Shown here: positions 39,376-52,460 of the stretch, in pieces | Layout of the letters: every line of letters begins with the position of its first letter | How positions within the stretch are numbered: position 1 is the first letter of the stretch | Origin: Eledone cirrhosa | Lineage: Eukaryota | Assembly: GCA_964016885.1 (NCBI GenBank) | Contig: OZ024764.1 | Location: 8,928,001-8,992,000, forward strand | Direction of reading: 5' to 3' | DNA length: 64,000 nt | Position numbers and translations under genes: made by a program | The notes under the pieces: model-generated | Told to the model about the DNA's origin: nothing | Seen by the model: only the letters and a program-made list of their open reading frames with translations | Databases searched by the model: none

Positions 39376-42162
39376 ACTCCTGACAGAAGAAAGGAGCTGA
39401 TCATCAGATCAGACCAAGGAAACAATGTCTCCATTGGTCTTTCCATTGTTGATACTATCTGTCAGTCACAACTCCTGGCAGAAGAAAGGAGCTGATTGTC
39501 AGATCAGACCAAGGAAACAATGTTTCCATTGGTCTTTCCATTGTTGATACTATCTGTCAGTCACAACTCCTGGCAGAAGAAAGGAGCTGATTGTCAGATC
39601 AGACCAAGGAAACAATGTTTCCATTGGTCTTTCCATTGTTGATACTATCTGTCAGTCACAACTCCTGGCAGAAGAAAGGAGCTGATTGTCAGATCAGACC
39701 AAGGAAACAATGTTTCCATTGGTCTTTCCATTACTGATACCATCTGTCAGTCACAACTCCTGGCAGAAGAAAGGAGCTGATTGTCAGATCAGACCAAGGA
39801 AACAATGTTTCCATTGGTCTTTCCATTACTGATACTATCTGTCAGTCACAACTCCTGGCAGAAGAAAGGAGCTGATCATCAGATCAGACCAAGGAAACAA
39901 TGTTTCCATTGGTCTTTCCATTACTGATACTATCTGTCAGTCACAACTCCTGGCAGAAGAAAGGAGCTGATCATCAGATCAGACCAAGGAAACAATGTCT
40001 CCATTGGTCTTTCCATTACTGATACTATCTGTCAGTCACAACTCCTGGCAGAAGAAAGGAGCTGATCATCAGATCAGACCAAGGAAACAATGTTTCCATT
40101 GGTCTTTCCATTACTGATACTATCTGTCAGTCACAACTCCTGGCAGAAGAAAGGAGCTGATCATCAGATCAGACCAAGGAAACAATGTTTCCATTGGTCT
40201 TTCCATTACTGATACTATCTGTCAGTCACAACTCCTGGCAGAAGAAAGGAGCTGATCATCAGATCAGACCAAGGAAACAATGTCTCCATTGGTCTTTCCA
40301 TTACTGATACTATCTGTCAGTCACAACTCCTGGCAGAAGAAAGGAGCTGATCATCAGATCAGACCAAGGAAACAATGTTTCCATTGGTCTTTCCATTACT
40401 GATACTATCTGTCTGTCACAACTCCTGACAGAAGAAAGGAGCTGATCATCAGATCAGACCAAGGAAACAATGTTTCCATTGGTCTTTCCATTACTGATAC
40501 TATCTGTCAGTCACAACACCTGGCAGAAGAGAGGAGCTGATCATCAGATCAGACCAAGGAAACAATGTTTCCATTGGTCTTTCCATTACTGATACTATCT
40601 GTCAGTCACAACTCCTGGCAGAAGAAAGGAGCTGATCATCAGATCAGACCAAGGAAACAATGTCTCCATTGGTCTTTCCATTACTGATACTATCTGTCAG
40701 TCACAACTCCTGGCAGAAGAAAGGAGCTGATCATCAGATCAGACCAAGGAAACAATGTTTCCATTGGTCTTTCCATTACTGATACTATCTGTCTGTCACA
40801 ACTCCTGACAGAAGAAAGGAGCTGATCATCAGATCAGACCAAGGAAACAATGTTTCCATTGGTCTTTCCATTACTGATACTATCTGTCAGTCACAACTCC
40901 TGGCAGAAGAAAGGAGCTGATCATCAGATCAGACCAAGGAAACAATGTTTCCATTGGTCTTTCCATTACTGATACTATCTGTCAGTCACAACTCCTGGCA
41001 GAAGAAAGGAGCTGATCATCAGATCAGACCAAGGAAACAATGTCTCCATTGGTCTTTCCATTACTGATACTATCTGTCAGTCACAACTCCTGGCAGAAGA
41101 AAGGAGCTGATCATCAGATCAGACCAAGGAAACAATGTTTCCATTGGTCTTTCCATTACTGATACTATCTGTCAGTCACAACTCCTGGCAGAAGAAAGGA
41201 GCTGATCATCAGATCAGACCAAGGAAACAATGTTTCCATTGGTCTTTCCATTACTGATACTATCTGTCAGTCACAACTCCTGGCAGAAGAAAGGAGCTGA
41301 TCATCAGATCAGACCAAGGAAACAATGTCTCCATTGGTCTTTCCATTACTGATACTATCTGTCAGTCACAACTCCTGGCAGAAGAAAGGAGCTGATCATC
41401 AGATCAGACCAAGGAAACAATGTTTCCATTGGTCTTTCCATTACTGATACTATCTGTCTGTCACAACTCCTGACAGAAGAAAGGAGCTGATCATCAGATC
41501 AGACCAAGGAAACAATGTTTCCATTGGTCTTTCCATTACTGATACTATCTGTCAGTCACAACACCTGGCAGAAGAGAGGAGCTGATCATCAGATCAGACC
41601 AAGGAAACAATGTTTCCATTGGTCTTTCCATTACTGATACTATCTGTCAGTCACAACTCCTGGCAGAAGAAAGGAGCTGATCATCAGATCAGACCAAGGA
41701 AACAATGTCTCCATTGGTCTTTCCATTACTGATACTATCTGTCAGTCACAACTCCTGGCAGAAGAAAGGAGCTGATCATCAGATCAGACCAAGGAAACAA
41801 TGTTTCCATTGGTCTTTCCATTACTGATACTATCTGTCTGTCACAACTCCTGACAGAAGAAAGGAGCTGATCATCAGATCAGACCAAGGAAACAATGTTT
41901 CCATTGGTCTTTCCATTACTGATACTATCTGTCTGCCACAACTCCTGGCAGAAGAAAGGAGCTGATCATCAGATCAGACCAAGGAAACAATGTTTCCATT
42001 GGTCTTTCCATTACTGATACTATCTGTCAGTCACAACTCCTGGCAGAAGAAAGGAGCTGATCATCAGATCAGACCAAGGAAACAATGTTTCCTTGGGTCT
42101 TTCCATTGCTGATACTATCTGGCAGAAGAAAGGAGCTGATCATCAGATCAGACTAAGGAAAC
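39376..42162. repeat. 95-bp tandem array (~29 copies)
   Basis: ACTCCTGGCAGAAGAAAGGAGCTGATCATCAGATCAGACCAAGG... recurs at 39471, 39566, 39661 and so on. Confidence 0.97.
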
Positions 42163-42346
42163 TTTTAGTTACACGGGGGTGTTCAGGGTTTTTTTCCCTA
42201 AAACAATACGTGAGCTAGAGCCCTAAAAATGCTGAATGTCAATATGGGGCCATTGCAAGTCCCTTGGGAGTTACAGGACCATATCATCATCATCATCATC
42301 ATCATCATACATGCAATTAGAATTAAAAAGACAGTGATTTAATTAC

Positions 42347-42521
42347 TGCAGTTAATGTTGAAAATCTCATCAATGAGTCCTTCATATGTGAGTTGGGAGA
42401 GCATTGGTGTAAGGAGGTCGACGTTGCGGTCAATGATGAGTAGATTGTCTATCTGGGGGGTGAGCTGTGGCTCCCTACCCCCCTGTTCTCTTCGCATACG
42501 TAGCATCATGTCCACAACTTG
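42347..42521 (-). CDS. VPS33A: VPS33A coding exon 7
   Basis: [12 protein letters not shown]...[35 protein letters not shown] (Sec1-family DR.VD..TP...[10 protein letters not shown] motif); 175 nt. Confidence 0.97.
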
Positions 42522-42682
42522 CTGCAATACAAACAGACAGATAGATAGATAGATGTATGTATAACTAGAAATTGATATATATATATATATATCTATAATA
42601 AACATATGAAACAATCACAGGGAATAATTCTACAGTGGATATGGCACATGTCTGTCGGACATGACAGCCTTAATTTAATTTT

Positions 42683-42686
<4 letters not shown>

Positions 42687-42751
<65 letters not shown>

Positions 42752-42824
42752 AAACTGGAACGGGAAGAAAAACAGAGAGGCAGTACAAACAAAGGTTTAT
42801 TAGTTTCACGCTCTTGAGAGTGGG

Positions 42825-42868
<44 letters not shown>

Positions 42869-42940
42869 AAACTGGAATGGGAACAAAAACAGAGAGGCAG
42901 TACAAACAAAGGTTTATTAGTTTCACGCTCTTGAGAGTGG

Positions 42941-43004
<64 letters not shown>

Positions 43005-43065
43005 AAAACTGGAACGGGAACAAAAACAAACAAAGGTTTATTAGTTTCACGCTCTTGAGAGTGGG

Positions 43066-43105
<40 letters not shown>

Positions 43106-43266
43106 AAACTGGAACGGGAACAAAAACAGAGAGGCAGTACAAACAAAGGTTTATTAGTTTCACGCTCTTGAGAGTGGAGGGATATATATAGTGAAAACTG
43201 GAACGGGAACAAAAACAGAGAGGCAGTACAAACAAAGGTTTATTAGTTTCACGCTCTTGAGAGTGG

Positions 43267-43321
<55 letters not shown>

Positions 43322-43393
43322 AAACTGGAACGGGAACAAAAACAGAGAGGCAGTACAAACAAAGGTTTATTAGTTTCACGCTCTTGAGAGTGG

Positions 43394-43428
<35 letters not shown>

Positions 43429-43694
43429 AAACTGGAATGGGAACAAAAACAGAGAGGCAGTACAAACAAAGGTTTATTAGTTTCACGCTCTTGAGAGTGG
43501 AGGGATATATATATATATATATATATAGTGAAAACTGGAACGGGAACAAAAACAAACAAAGGTTTATTAGTTTCACGCTCTTGAGAGTGGGGGGATATAT
43601 ATATATATATATATATAGTGAAAACTGGAATGGGAACAAAAACAGAGAGGCAGTACAAACAAAGGTTTATTAGTTTCACGCTCTTGAGAGTGGG

Positions 43695-43750
<56 letters not shown>

Positions 43751-43935
43751 AAACTGGAATGGGAACAAAAACAGAGAGGCAGTACAAAGGTTTATTACTT
43801 TCACGCTCTTGAGAGTGGAGGGATATATATATATATATATATATAGTGAAAACTGGAACGGGAACAAAAACAGAGAGGCAGTACAAACAAAGGTTTATTA
43901 GTTTCACGCTCTTGAGAGTGGAGGGATATATATAC

Positions 43936-43945
<10 letters not shown>
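42687..43945. repeat. ~80-bp unit repeated 11 times, separated by variable-length (AT)n
   Basis: AGTGAAAACTGGAACGGGAACAAAAACAGAGAGGCAGTAC...TTTCACGCTCTTGAGAGTGGAGGG + (AT)n. Confidence 0.95.
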
Positions 43946-43967
<22 letters not shown>

Positions 43968-44014
43968 ATTTATTGAATGATGATGTAAATGAGAGAGAAA
44001 GTGGGAGTGTGTAC

Positions 44015-44131
44015 CTTAGCACAGTCCCCTTTTCCGTAAATATTTGGTATGATGCCATAGAGCCCCTGTAGCGTCATGAGGGATCGAGCAGCATAGAACA
44101 GGGAGGTGTAATCATTCTCCAAGTAACATTC
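44015..44131 (-). CDS. VPS33A: VPS33A coding exon 6
   Basis: [39 protein letters not shown]; AG/GT bounded, 117 nt. Confidence 0.96.
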
Positions 44132-44302
44132 CTGTAACGACATATACACCAGAGAAAATATTATCATAATATAATAAAGTAAGGAGTGCAGGACTGTGTC
44201 CATTTTATTTTTTTTTTTATCCCGTTAGTAAAATAAGTTGGATTACTTTGAATAAATAATTGTTTCTACTTTTGGCACAAGGCCAGCAATTACCCAGTAC
44301 AT

Positions 44303-44741
44303 GACCTGGGATGAGGTGATAAAAGCCGACCTTACCCAACTACACCTCTCAAAGACAATGACACACGACCGTGACTTCTGGCGTCACGTAGTAATACAGA
44401 GTACCCGACCTCCCATGGGTACAAGCTGAAGCATATAGACAATATGCCCCAACACCCTCCCACTGCAAGGTGGTCGTGGAGGTGCCACGGCAAAAAAGCA
44501 CCCAGCCCACACTGTAAAGTGGACGTGTAGGCGCCACGGAAAAAAGTACCCAGCACTCACTGTAAATGAGGTTGGTGTTAGGAAGGGCATCCAGCTGTAG
44601 AAATCAAGCCAGATTCAGTTCCTGTATGAGCAAGGCATGGTCAGCCGACCAGACACTGCCCACAACAGGACAACCCGTCTAACCCATGCTAGTGTGGAAG
44701 AACGGACGTAAAACGGTGATGATGATGATGATGATGATGAT
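44303..44741 (+). mobile_element. Composite RTE-SINE retroposon inserted into a Meta-like SINE
   Basis: Near-identical to 8661-9090; the host SINE sequence (…CCCAGTACAT|TACTGGTAC…) resumes after the (GAT)n tail. Confidence 0.85.
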
Positions 44742-44895
44742 TACTGGTACTTTATTTTATCGACCCCGTAAGGATGAAAGGCAAAGCTAACCTCGACGGG
44801 ATTTGAACTCAGACAGTAAAGGGACGTAACTATGCTAGAAAGCATGGAGTCCAACCCTCTACCGATACTGCTAATTCACCGCCCAAAATAGCAGT

Positions 44896-45002
44896 AAATG
44901 CTTACGGCACTAGGGTTCCCAAGCAGTCACCCATCTAAGTACTAACTAGGCTCAACGTTGCTTAACTTCGGTGATCGGACGAGAACCGGTGTTTTCAGCA
45001 TG
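44896..45002 (-). pseudogene. 5S rRNA copy, 5'-truncated
   Basis: Minus strand CATGCTGAAAACACCGGTTCTCGTCCGATCACCGAAGTTAAGCAACG...AGTACTTAGATGGGTGACTGCTTGGGAAC...GTGCCGTAAGCATTT; lacks the first ~14 nt. Confidence 0.9.
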
Positions 45003-45430
45003 AATAAATAATTGTTTCTACTTTAGGCACAAGGCCAGCAATTACCCAGTGCATTACTGGTACTTTATTTCATCGACCCCGTAAGGATGAAAGGAAAAGT
45101 TAACCTCGGCGGGATTTGAATAAATAATTGTTTCTACTTTAGGCACAAGGCCAGCAATGACCCAGTACATTACTGGTACTTTATTTTATCGACCCCGTAA
45201 GGATGAAAGGAAAAGTTAACCTCGGCGGGATTTGAATAAATAATTGTTTATACTTTAGGCACAAGGCCAGCAATTACCCAGTGCATCACTGGTACTTTAT
45301 TTTATCGACCCCGTAAGGATGAAAGGCAAAGCAACCTCGGCGGGATTTGAACTCAGATCGTAAAGGGACGTAACTATGCTGGAAAGCATGGCGTCCGACC
45401 CTCTACCGATACTGCCAGTCCACTGCCCTA
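45003..45430 (-). mobile_element. tRNA-derived SINE with its 3' ~117 bp tandemly triplicated
   Basis: GAATAAATAATTGTTTCTACTTTAGGCACAAGG...CGGCGGGATTTGAA occurs three times. Confidence 0.85.
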
Positions 45431-45925
45431 ATAATAATTGTTTCTACTTTTGGCACTAGGCCAAAATAAATAATGAATATTACATAATTTATCTACTAAA
45501 TTTCGTAGCTGTTGATTAAACATAAATATTTTTATATATAATGATTGCTTATTTTAAGATTCACTTCTTTTAAAATTTTCAAATGTCTACACTTTCAGTT
45601 AGCGTCCGTTATATCATAACACTTATTATATCACTTATATAAACATTCATATATTTGTATCGTTATATAAGGTTTCATTACATGTCACCGTAATCCAGTT
45701 TATATATAAAATCTCATCTTTTTTTAATGTATCATGGATTACTTTACTGATTACAGAAGACAGTGTAACACAGTCTCTCTTCAATTTCTGTGTATATTGT
45801 CAATTACAATTTTATTTGATGTATCATATCTACATGTATATATATTGGTGTATAATATCAATATACACACTACACATGTTAGCAGAAAACTACCCATAGG
45901 GTGGTTTTTTTTGCTAGTTATTATT

Positions 45926-45970
<45 letters not shown>

Positions 45971-46477
45971 CGAAGATAGGCTGACCAAGATACTCTCATG
46001 GAATGACCAAATGAGGTTTATTTTTCAATGTAGTCCCTTGGAAAGAACCAATGCAGGAAGAGTTGAAATTAATGCATTCAAGATTTCACAGCTCTAGCAT
46101 CACTCCTTCATAGTAGTCAGCCTATGAACTTTTATATACGTGATGATTATTATTATCATATATATATATATATATATATATGTCATCATCGTTTAACATC
46201 CATCTTCCACGCTAGCATGGGTTAGACATATTACATATGTTTCACTGTCGATATTTGAGTATGTGTTGGTTAAGTACCGATACTTCAGTATGCTGGGTAG
46301 AGCACTTAACAAAGCGCGCAAGGTGGGTCAGTTTATTCCAGAGTAATTTTAAAAAAAAAGAACATTTTGATCGTAAGTCCAACACCCTTACCACTAGGTC
46401 ATACATCTTCATATATATATAAATAGTAGTGAAAGAGTGAAGAATAACATGGTCGGCTGTACAAAAAGGGTTTTATT

Positions 46478-46596
46478 TACAGTATTAAAAATTGTTTCAT
46501 TGATCAGGTGAGTCTAAAGGCTGCTGATTACTCGAAGTTGTGTCACTTGACCTTAAATACAGTGAGTGTCTCTAATCTGATCATCGGAATACTGTA
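46478..46596 (-). ncRNA. Degenerate hammerhead ribozyme-like motif
   Basis: Minus strand: ACAGTATT-CCGATGA-TCAG...CTGATCAAT-GAAA-CAATTTTT-AATACTGT, then AATAAA; 8-bp stem I. Confidence 0.5.
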
Positions 46597-46603
46597 TAGT
46601 GTT

Positions 46604-46664
<61 letters not shown>

Positions 46665-47280
46665 CCATATATATGTCAGGTTACCAGTTGGTGCTACTGG
46701 TAACATGTATCCCAGTACAACCTGACTCATGGTCGGGTCGTTGGCGACTAAACTGGCAACTCCACCAAGGTTTCTTGGTGAGGAGGGTGACTTTGGACAT
46801 CCTGCAGGAATAAAAACAAAACCTGTCAAAGGGCAAAGGAGCTCTTAAGAGTCAATGGCCATCCAAAATCACCGGGAGAGATGACCCCTTAGCCTTTGTC
46901 AAGGCAGAATTCTAGGAGAAGGAAAACTCTGATATAACACCTGCAACTCTGATGGTATCCAATGATGTTGACTTGTTCTTCTTTTTGGTAAATATCATCT
47001 TGGTTAAGAGAGTGGGACTGGCTTTGTGCAGTGCCTTTGCTGACTATAAAAGCTTCACGGCACAGGCATTGCTTTATATCTGGAGATCTCTCTGCACTTG
47101 TCGTCACATGGTACCATGGGCCCAGCACTATGTGTCAATAATTGTCACAGGTGTAGTCTTTGTACCAGAGTTTTCAAGTCGCTGGCTGGACTAAAAAGTC
47201 ACACTCGTTCAGTGCATCGGTAGGGGTTCTCCTACATGGATATAAAATAGTGGCCGTACTCGAAAACGAGTTGGCAGCCA

Positions 47281-47318
<38 letters not shown>

Positions 47319-47321
47319 AAA

Positions 47322-47582
47322 GGATAACAAGGACGATTGGTTACTCCTTCATTGCATTTATTGATAGGTGACACGTGTTTCACCACTGATCAGCTCAAGG
47401 TTCGATCTGTATCGATCCTACCCGACTCAATAATCGGTGGCTTGACGGACCCTTTAAAATGCTAGGGTTCGTCGAGCCGCTGATTATTGAGTCGGGTAAG
47501 ATCGAACCTTGAGCTGATCAGTGGTGAAACACGTGTCACCTATCAATAAATGTAATGAAGGAGTAACCAATCGTCCTTGTTA
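47322..47582. mobile_element. ~260-bp fold-back element next to (TA)n
   Basis: Near-perfect arms; the right arm carries GAAACACGTGTC followed by AATAAA. Confidence 0.85.
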
Positions 47583-47697
47583 TAATTTCACTATATTACA
47601 CTCTGTATAGCTCTACACCTCATCACAGAAGTGAACCTAAACATTGAGTGCTCTCCCGGGTGAACCTGCAGTAACTCCAAGTTACACCCCCTGGATA

Positions 47698-47763
<66 letters not shown>

Positions 47764-48005
47764 CACACACAATCCTTATCAAGTCCTCTTCGGATCTTAG
47801 CCTCCACAATTATTACTATAAACAGTCCTATATTGAGTAAGACATGGTCACCCAACCCAACTTTCCTCTAATGGGACAAACCTGTCTAACCCATGCTAGC
47901 ATGGAAAATAGATATTAAACAATGATGATGAGGATAATACAAATTAGTTCAACATCCTTACCACCAGGCCACATGCCAATCCATCACAATAGTTACTGTA
48001 CTCAC

Positions 48006-48110
48006 CCTAAATGCCGAGTCCATTTCCATAGACATTATATCATAGTCAAAGGGAATTAGTTCCAAGTTAAATTCTTCAATGTTGGAGAAGGTTTCAAAAA
48101 CTCCCATTTT
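48006..48110 (-). CDS. VPS33A: VPS33A coding exon 5
   Basis: KMGVFETFSNIEEFNLELIPFDYDIMSMEMDSAFR; AG/GT bounded, 105 nt. Confidence 0.95.
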
Positions 48111-48985
48111 CTGTAAAGAATACAATAGAATAACATATTTAAAGAATTACAGAATTAGAGATTTATGGGGGTGGTGTGTGGTGTGTGTTATTGCGTGTCG
48201 TAGAATAACAGATTAAACCCTTTAGTTACCAACTCGGCTAAAACCGCTTCTGGTTTTATAAAATCAAATCATCCATTTTGAAGGTTTCTAATTCAAACTG
48301 ACCGTATCTGGCTAGAACTCTCTCACCACTTTCTGTTCAAACCAGCCATAACTGGCTGCTCATACTGATGTTAAAGTATTGTTCTCGGAATGAATAATAT
48401 CAAAATCTCATAGATTCAATATTACAAGAGATATTATGTGAGGTAAAGCCTTTACCATGGAAATACAATAGTATATATAGAGTAATGTAAATGTTATGTG
48501 AGATATTATGTGAGGTAAAGCCTTTACTGTGACAATACAATAGTATATATAGAGTAATGTAAATGTTATGTGAGATATTATGTGAGGTAAAGCCTTTACC
48601 ATGAAAATATAATAGCATATATAGAGTAATGTAAATGTTATGTGAGATATTATGTGAGACCAAGCCTTTACCATGGTCAACAGAGAGACAATCCACAAGG
48701 TGGGTGACAGGTAGATGGAATATAATGTCTCAGAGGACAGAGACCAGAGACCAGAGGTCAACAGAGAGACAATCCACAAGGTGGGTGACAAGCAGATGAA
48801 ATATAGAAAAGATTGAAAGAGGAGGAGGGCAAGGGGAAGTGTGTTGGTACACAGAAGTGACTGGAAGAAGGAAATAAAGAAAGGTGATGTACAAAACAAG
48901 TTTACACACACACTTCTTCACCTTTATCAGCCATCAAACCAGTAAAATGGTTTTGCACGATGTAATTAATAAATTAAATAGTTAC

Positions 48986-49070
48986 CTTCAGTTTTTTTTC
49001 ACACAGCAGACTTTTGCGAGGTACGAAAATTAGGTTGAATTCCTTGTGAAAGCCACCTTTCTGGTCTTCC
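48986..49070 (-). CDS. VPS33A: VPS33A coding exon 4
   Basis: EDQKGGFHKEFNLIFVPRKSLLCEKKLK; AG/GT bounded, 85 nt. Confidence 0.95.
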
Positions 49071-49351
49071 CTACGTGAAGAAAAAACAGGAAGAAATTAT
49101 AAACTTGTAAATGGAAGGATGGTACTCTCTCTCTCTCTCTCTCTCTGTATATCATCATCATCATCATCATCATCGTTTAATGTCTATCTTCCACGCTAGC
49201 ATGGGTTTAGATGGGAATTGTCCCACTTGAGGCAAGATTGGTCGTATTGTGTCTCGCTCGTATAGGAGTGTCTGGCAGGTTTTCTATGGATGGATGCTCT
49301 TCCTAACACCAACCACATTTACAGTGTGGACTGGGAGGTTTTTACCGTGTT

Positions 49352-49394
<43 letters not shown>

Positions 49395-49469
49395 CTCCAC
49401 TTCCTGCAAGCGTGAACCTAATATAACTGTGTATAATTGCTTCCTGCGTTTTGTTCATTTATTTTCAAC

Positions 49470-49503
<34 letters not shown>

Positions 49504-49804
49504 ATATATATAATATAATATATATATATAATACATTTATATACCTATCATCATCATCATCATCACCGTTTTACGTCCATTCTTTCACACTCTTGCGAGT
49601 ATATCATCAAACAATTTATACATCTCATCTGTATTTTATCTGAAGAAGGCATGCTCTGATTTATGTTAAACATAAATTTTTGCATCCCCAAAATATATAT
49701 AATGAAACAGTGATGTTATAAAGTTATATCTTTCGTTTATTACTATTATTATCATATATATATAAATATATATACATGTATATATCATATGTATATATAT
49801 ACAC

Positions 49805-50139
49805 ATCATCATCATTATTTCATCATTTCATTTTACGTCCACTTTTCCCTGCTTGCAAGGGTGGGACGGGAACTGATTCTGGCTTGATTTCTACAGCTGG
49901 ATGCCCTTCCTAACACCAACCTCATTTACAGTGAGTGCTGGGTGCTTTTTTGCCGTGGCACCTCCACGACCACTTTGCAGTGGAATGATAGGGACCCCAG
50001 TCCCTATCATCTCATTTCTACAGCTGAGTAAACTGGAGCAATGTGAAATAAAGTGTCTTGCTGAAGGAAACACCCGGTCTGAGAATTGAACTCACAACCT
50101 TTCGATTGCAAGGCCAATGCTCTAACCACTAAGCCATGT
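49805..50139 (-). mobile_element. tRNA/CORE SINE with RTE tail
   Basis: Head ATGGCTTAGTGGTTAGAGC...GAGTTCAATTC, CORE-like body, (GAT)n tail. Confidence 0.88.
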
Positions 50140-50168
50140 ATATATATATATATCATATGTATATATAT

Positions 50169-50250
50169 GATTACCGAAGTTAAGCAACGTCGAGCCTAGT
50201 TAGTACTTAGATGGGTGACTGCTTGGGAACCTTAGGTGCCGTAAGCATTT
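50169..50250 (+). pseudogene. 5S rRNA copy, 5'-truncated
   Basis: GATTACCGAAGTTAAGCAACGTCGAGCCTAGTTAGTACTTAGATGGGTGACTGCTTGGGAACCTTAGGTGCCGTAAGCATTT. Confidence 0.88.
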
Positions 50251-50262
50251 ACTGCTATATAT

Positions 50263-50602
50263 GGAGGCACATGGCTTAGTGGTTAGAGCATTGGCCTTGA
50301 AATCAAAAGGTTGTGAGTTCAATTCTCAGACCGGGTGATGTGTTGTTTCCTTCAGCAAGACACTTTATTTCACATTGCTCCAGTTTACTCAGCTGTAGAA
50401 ATGAGATGATAGGGACTGGGGTCCCTATCATTCCACTGCAAAGTGGTTGTGGAGGTGCCACGGAAAAAAAGCACCCAGCACTCACTGTAAATGAGGTTGG
50501 TGTTAGGAAGGGCATCCAGCTGTAGAAATCAAGCCAGAATCAGTTCCCGTCCCACCCTTGCAAGCAGGGAAAAGCGGAGGTAAAAATGATGATGATGATG
50601 AT
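50263..50602 (+). mobile_element. Full-length tRNA/CORE SINE with RTE tail
   Basis: A box TGGCTTAGTGG, B box GAGTTCAATTC, CORE-like segment; tail shared with the RTE end at 38863-38911. Confidence 0.9.
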
Positions 50603-50682
50603 ATATATATATGTACACACACATATATATATACACAGAAAGATGTAATGTGGTGAAGAATGTGCAAGAAGTGCTGACTTAC

Positions 50683-50810
50683 TGTATGAGTGTCTGAGCA
50701 ACCTGTTCCATGAGTTCAAGCTTTGGTCGTACAATAAAGATCACTGCCTGTGAACTGGTTGGGGGCAAGGTCATCAGTCGGAGCAGATTCATCTTCACAA
50801 CATCATGGTC
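50683..50810 (-). CDS. VPS33A: VPS33A coding exon 3
   Basis: DHDVVKMNLLRLMTLPPTSSQAVIFIVRPKLELMEQVAQTLI; AG/GT bounded, 128 nt. Confidence 0.94.
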
Positions 50811-50996
50811 CTAGATCCAGGTGAAAGGGATAAGAAAGATTAGTCAGAAATTTTAGGATGAACCCTTTCATTACTGTTATATTTGGGGAATGCCATGTTG
50901 TTCTAACATTGCCAGAAAAATATAGTAAAACACACTCAGTTTGGTTTGGTTTTCACTTCAGTGTCTTTCAATACCTTATTGGCTTGGCACAAGCCT

Positions 50997-51380
50997 GAGC
51001 AGATCATAGCTTAGACCAGAACACAGCTTAGATCAAAACATAGCTTAGATCAGATCATAGCTTGGAGCAGATCATAGCTTAGATCAGATCATAGCTTAGA
51101 TCAGATCATAGCTTAGATCAGATCATAGCTTGGAGCAGATCATAGCTTAGATCAGATCATAGCTTGGAGCAGATCATAGCTTAGACCAGAACACAGCTTA
51201 GATCAAAACATAGCTTAGATCAGATCATAGCTTGGAGCAGATCATAGCTTAGATCAGATCATAGCTTGGAGCAGATCATAGCTTAGATCAGATCATAGCT
51301 TAGATCAGATCATAGCTTAGATCAGAACATAGCTTAGATCAAAATATAGCTTAGATCAAAATATAGCTTGGATCAGAACA
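50997..51380. repeat. 17-bp minisatellite (AGATCAGATCATAGCTT)
   Basis: About 22 copies with variants. Confidence 0.93.
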
Positions 51381-51435
51381 AAACATTTGGCATGGAACTC
51401 ATGTAAAAGAGGAGACACAATAAAAAGGGACTGAC

Positions 51436-51501
51436 CTTCAGTAAGGTGTACTGAGCTATCAGTCCAAAGGGACCTGTAAGGCCTTCATCCCATATCAAAT
51501 C
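51436..51501 (-). CDS. VPS33A: VPS33A coding exon 2
   Basis: DLIWDEGLTGPFGLIAQYTLLK; AG/GT bounded, 66 nt. Confidence 0.96.
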
Positions 51502-52267
51502 CTGGAAAAGATTGTAAAACAACATTAATAAAATAAACACAAGGAAAATGAGCCAAGAGAGCTTTTATACCAGTAATGGTTTTTTTTCTTTCTGGCTTTA
51601 AATCTGGTTTTATTCACAGTTGTATAAATAACATTATAAATTGCTTGCAATTCGTTCAGAACATTAGTATTTTTATTTTCCAGATTATGGTGTTTGAGAT
51701 GTTTGGTGGCGTTGGCTGCTGACACCGAAGTTCTTGTCATCGCTGGTGGCTTGCCTTACTGAAGGATCAGGTGATGTCATTGGTGAGGGTGCTTGGTTGT
51801 TCCAGTACCTTAGCTTCGCCATCACCTAGCCGTACCAAGTTATCAGGTGATGTTCCTGGTAGTTTCAGTACCTTAGCCTCACCATCACCAGAAATTACCA
51901 AGGAATTAGCATGGGTTGCACGGTTTTGTTCCACTTGAGGCAAGATTGGTCGGGAAACCAGTGTGTCGTTCGGACAGAACTGTCCCTGGCAGGTTTTCTA
52001 TGGCTGGATGCCCTTCCTAACACCAACCACATATACAGTGTGGACTGGAAGCCTTTTTACCGTGTCTCCTACACAATCTCTTTACAGTATGGACTGGGTG
52101 CTTTTTGTCATGTCACCAACATGACCACTTTACAGTGGACGGAGTAGGGTGTGTGGAGTGGGTGTACATTGGGTTAAGAGGTGTCTACTGATTGTAGGTT
52201 TAAGTTTGTATGTAAGGGAAGGCAAGTCTTCTGTGCCAAAGGTTTCTATCCAGTGATATTATTTAGA

Positions 52268-52460
52268 GAGGCGGTGAATTGGCAGTATCGGTAGAGGGGC
52301 GGACATGCTTTCCAGCGTAGTTACGTCCCTTTACGATCTGAGTTCAAATCCCGCCAAGGTTAACTTTGCCTTTCATCCTTATGGGGGGGTCGATAAAATA
52401 AAGTACCAGTAATGTATTGGGTTATTGCTGGCCTTGTGCCTAAAGTAGAAACAATTATTT
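52268..52460 (+). mobile_element. tRNA-derived SINE inserted into a minus-strand RTE fragment (~52140-52612)
   Basis: ATTATTTAGAGAGG is duplicated on both sides (TSD-like); A and B boxes present. Confidence 0.85.

Noticed and set aside
42687-43945. CRISPR-like repeat-spacer layout
   Set aside because: Spacers are pure (AT)n, repeats are ~80 bp, the context is a eukaryotic intron and no cas genes are present.
44896-45002. Functional 5S rRNA gene
   Set aside because: The 5' strand of helix I is missing and it is not in an rDNA array; recorded as a pseudogene.
50263-50335. tRNA-like sequence
   Set aside because: Head of a multi-copy SINE; no proper acceptor stem, and it continues into the CORE-like body.
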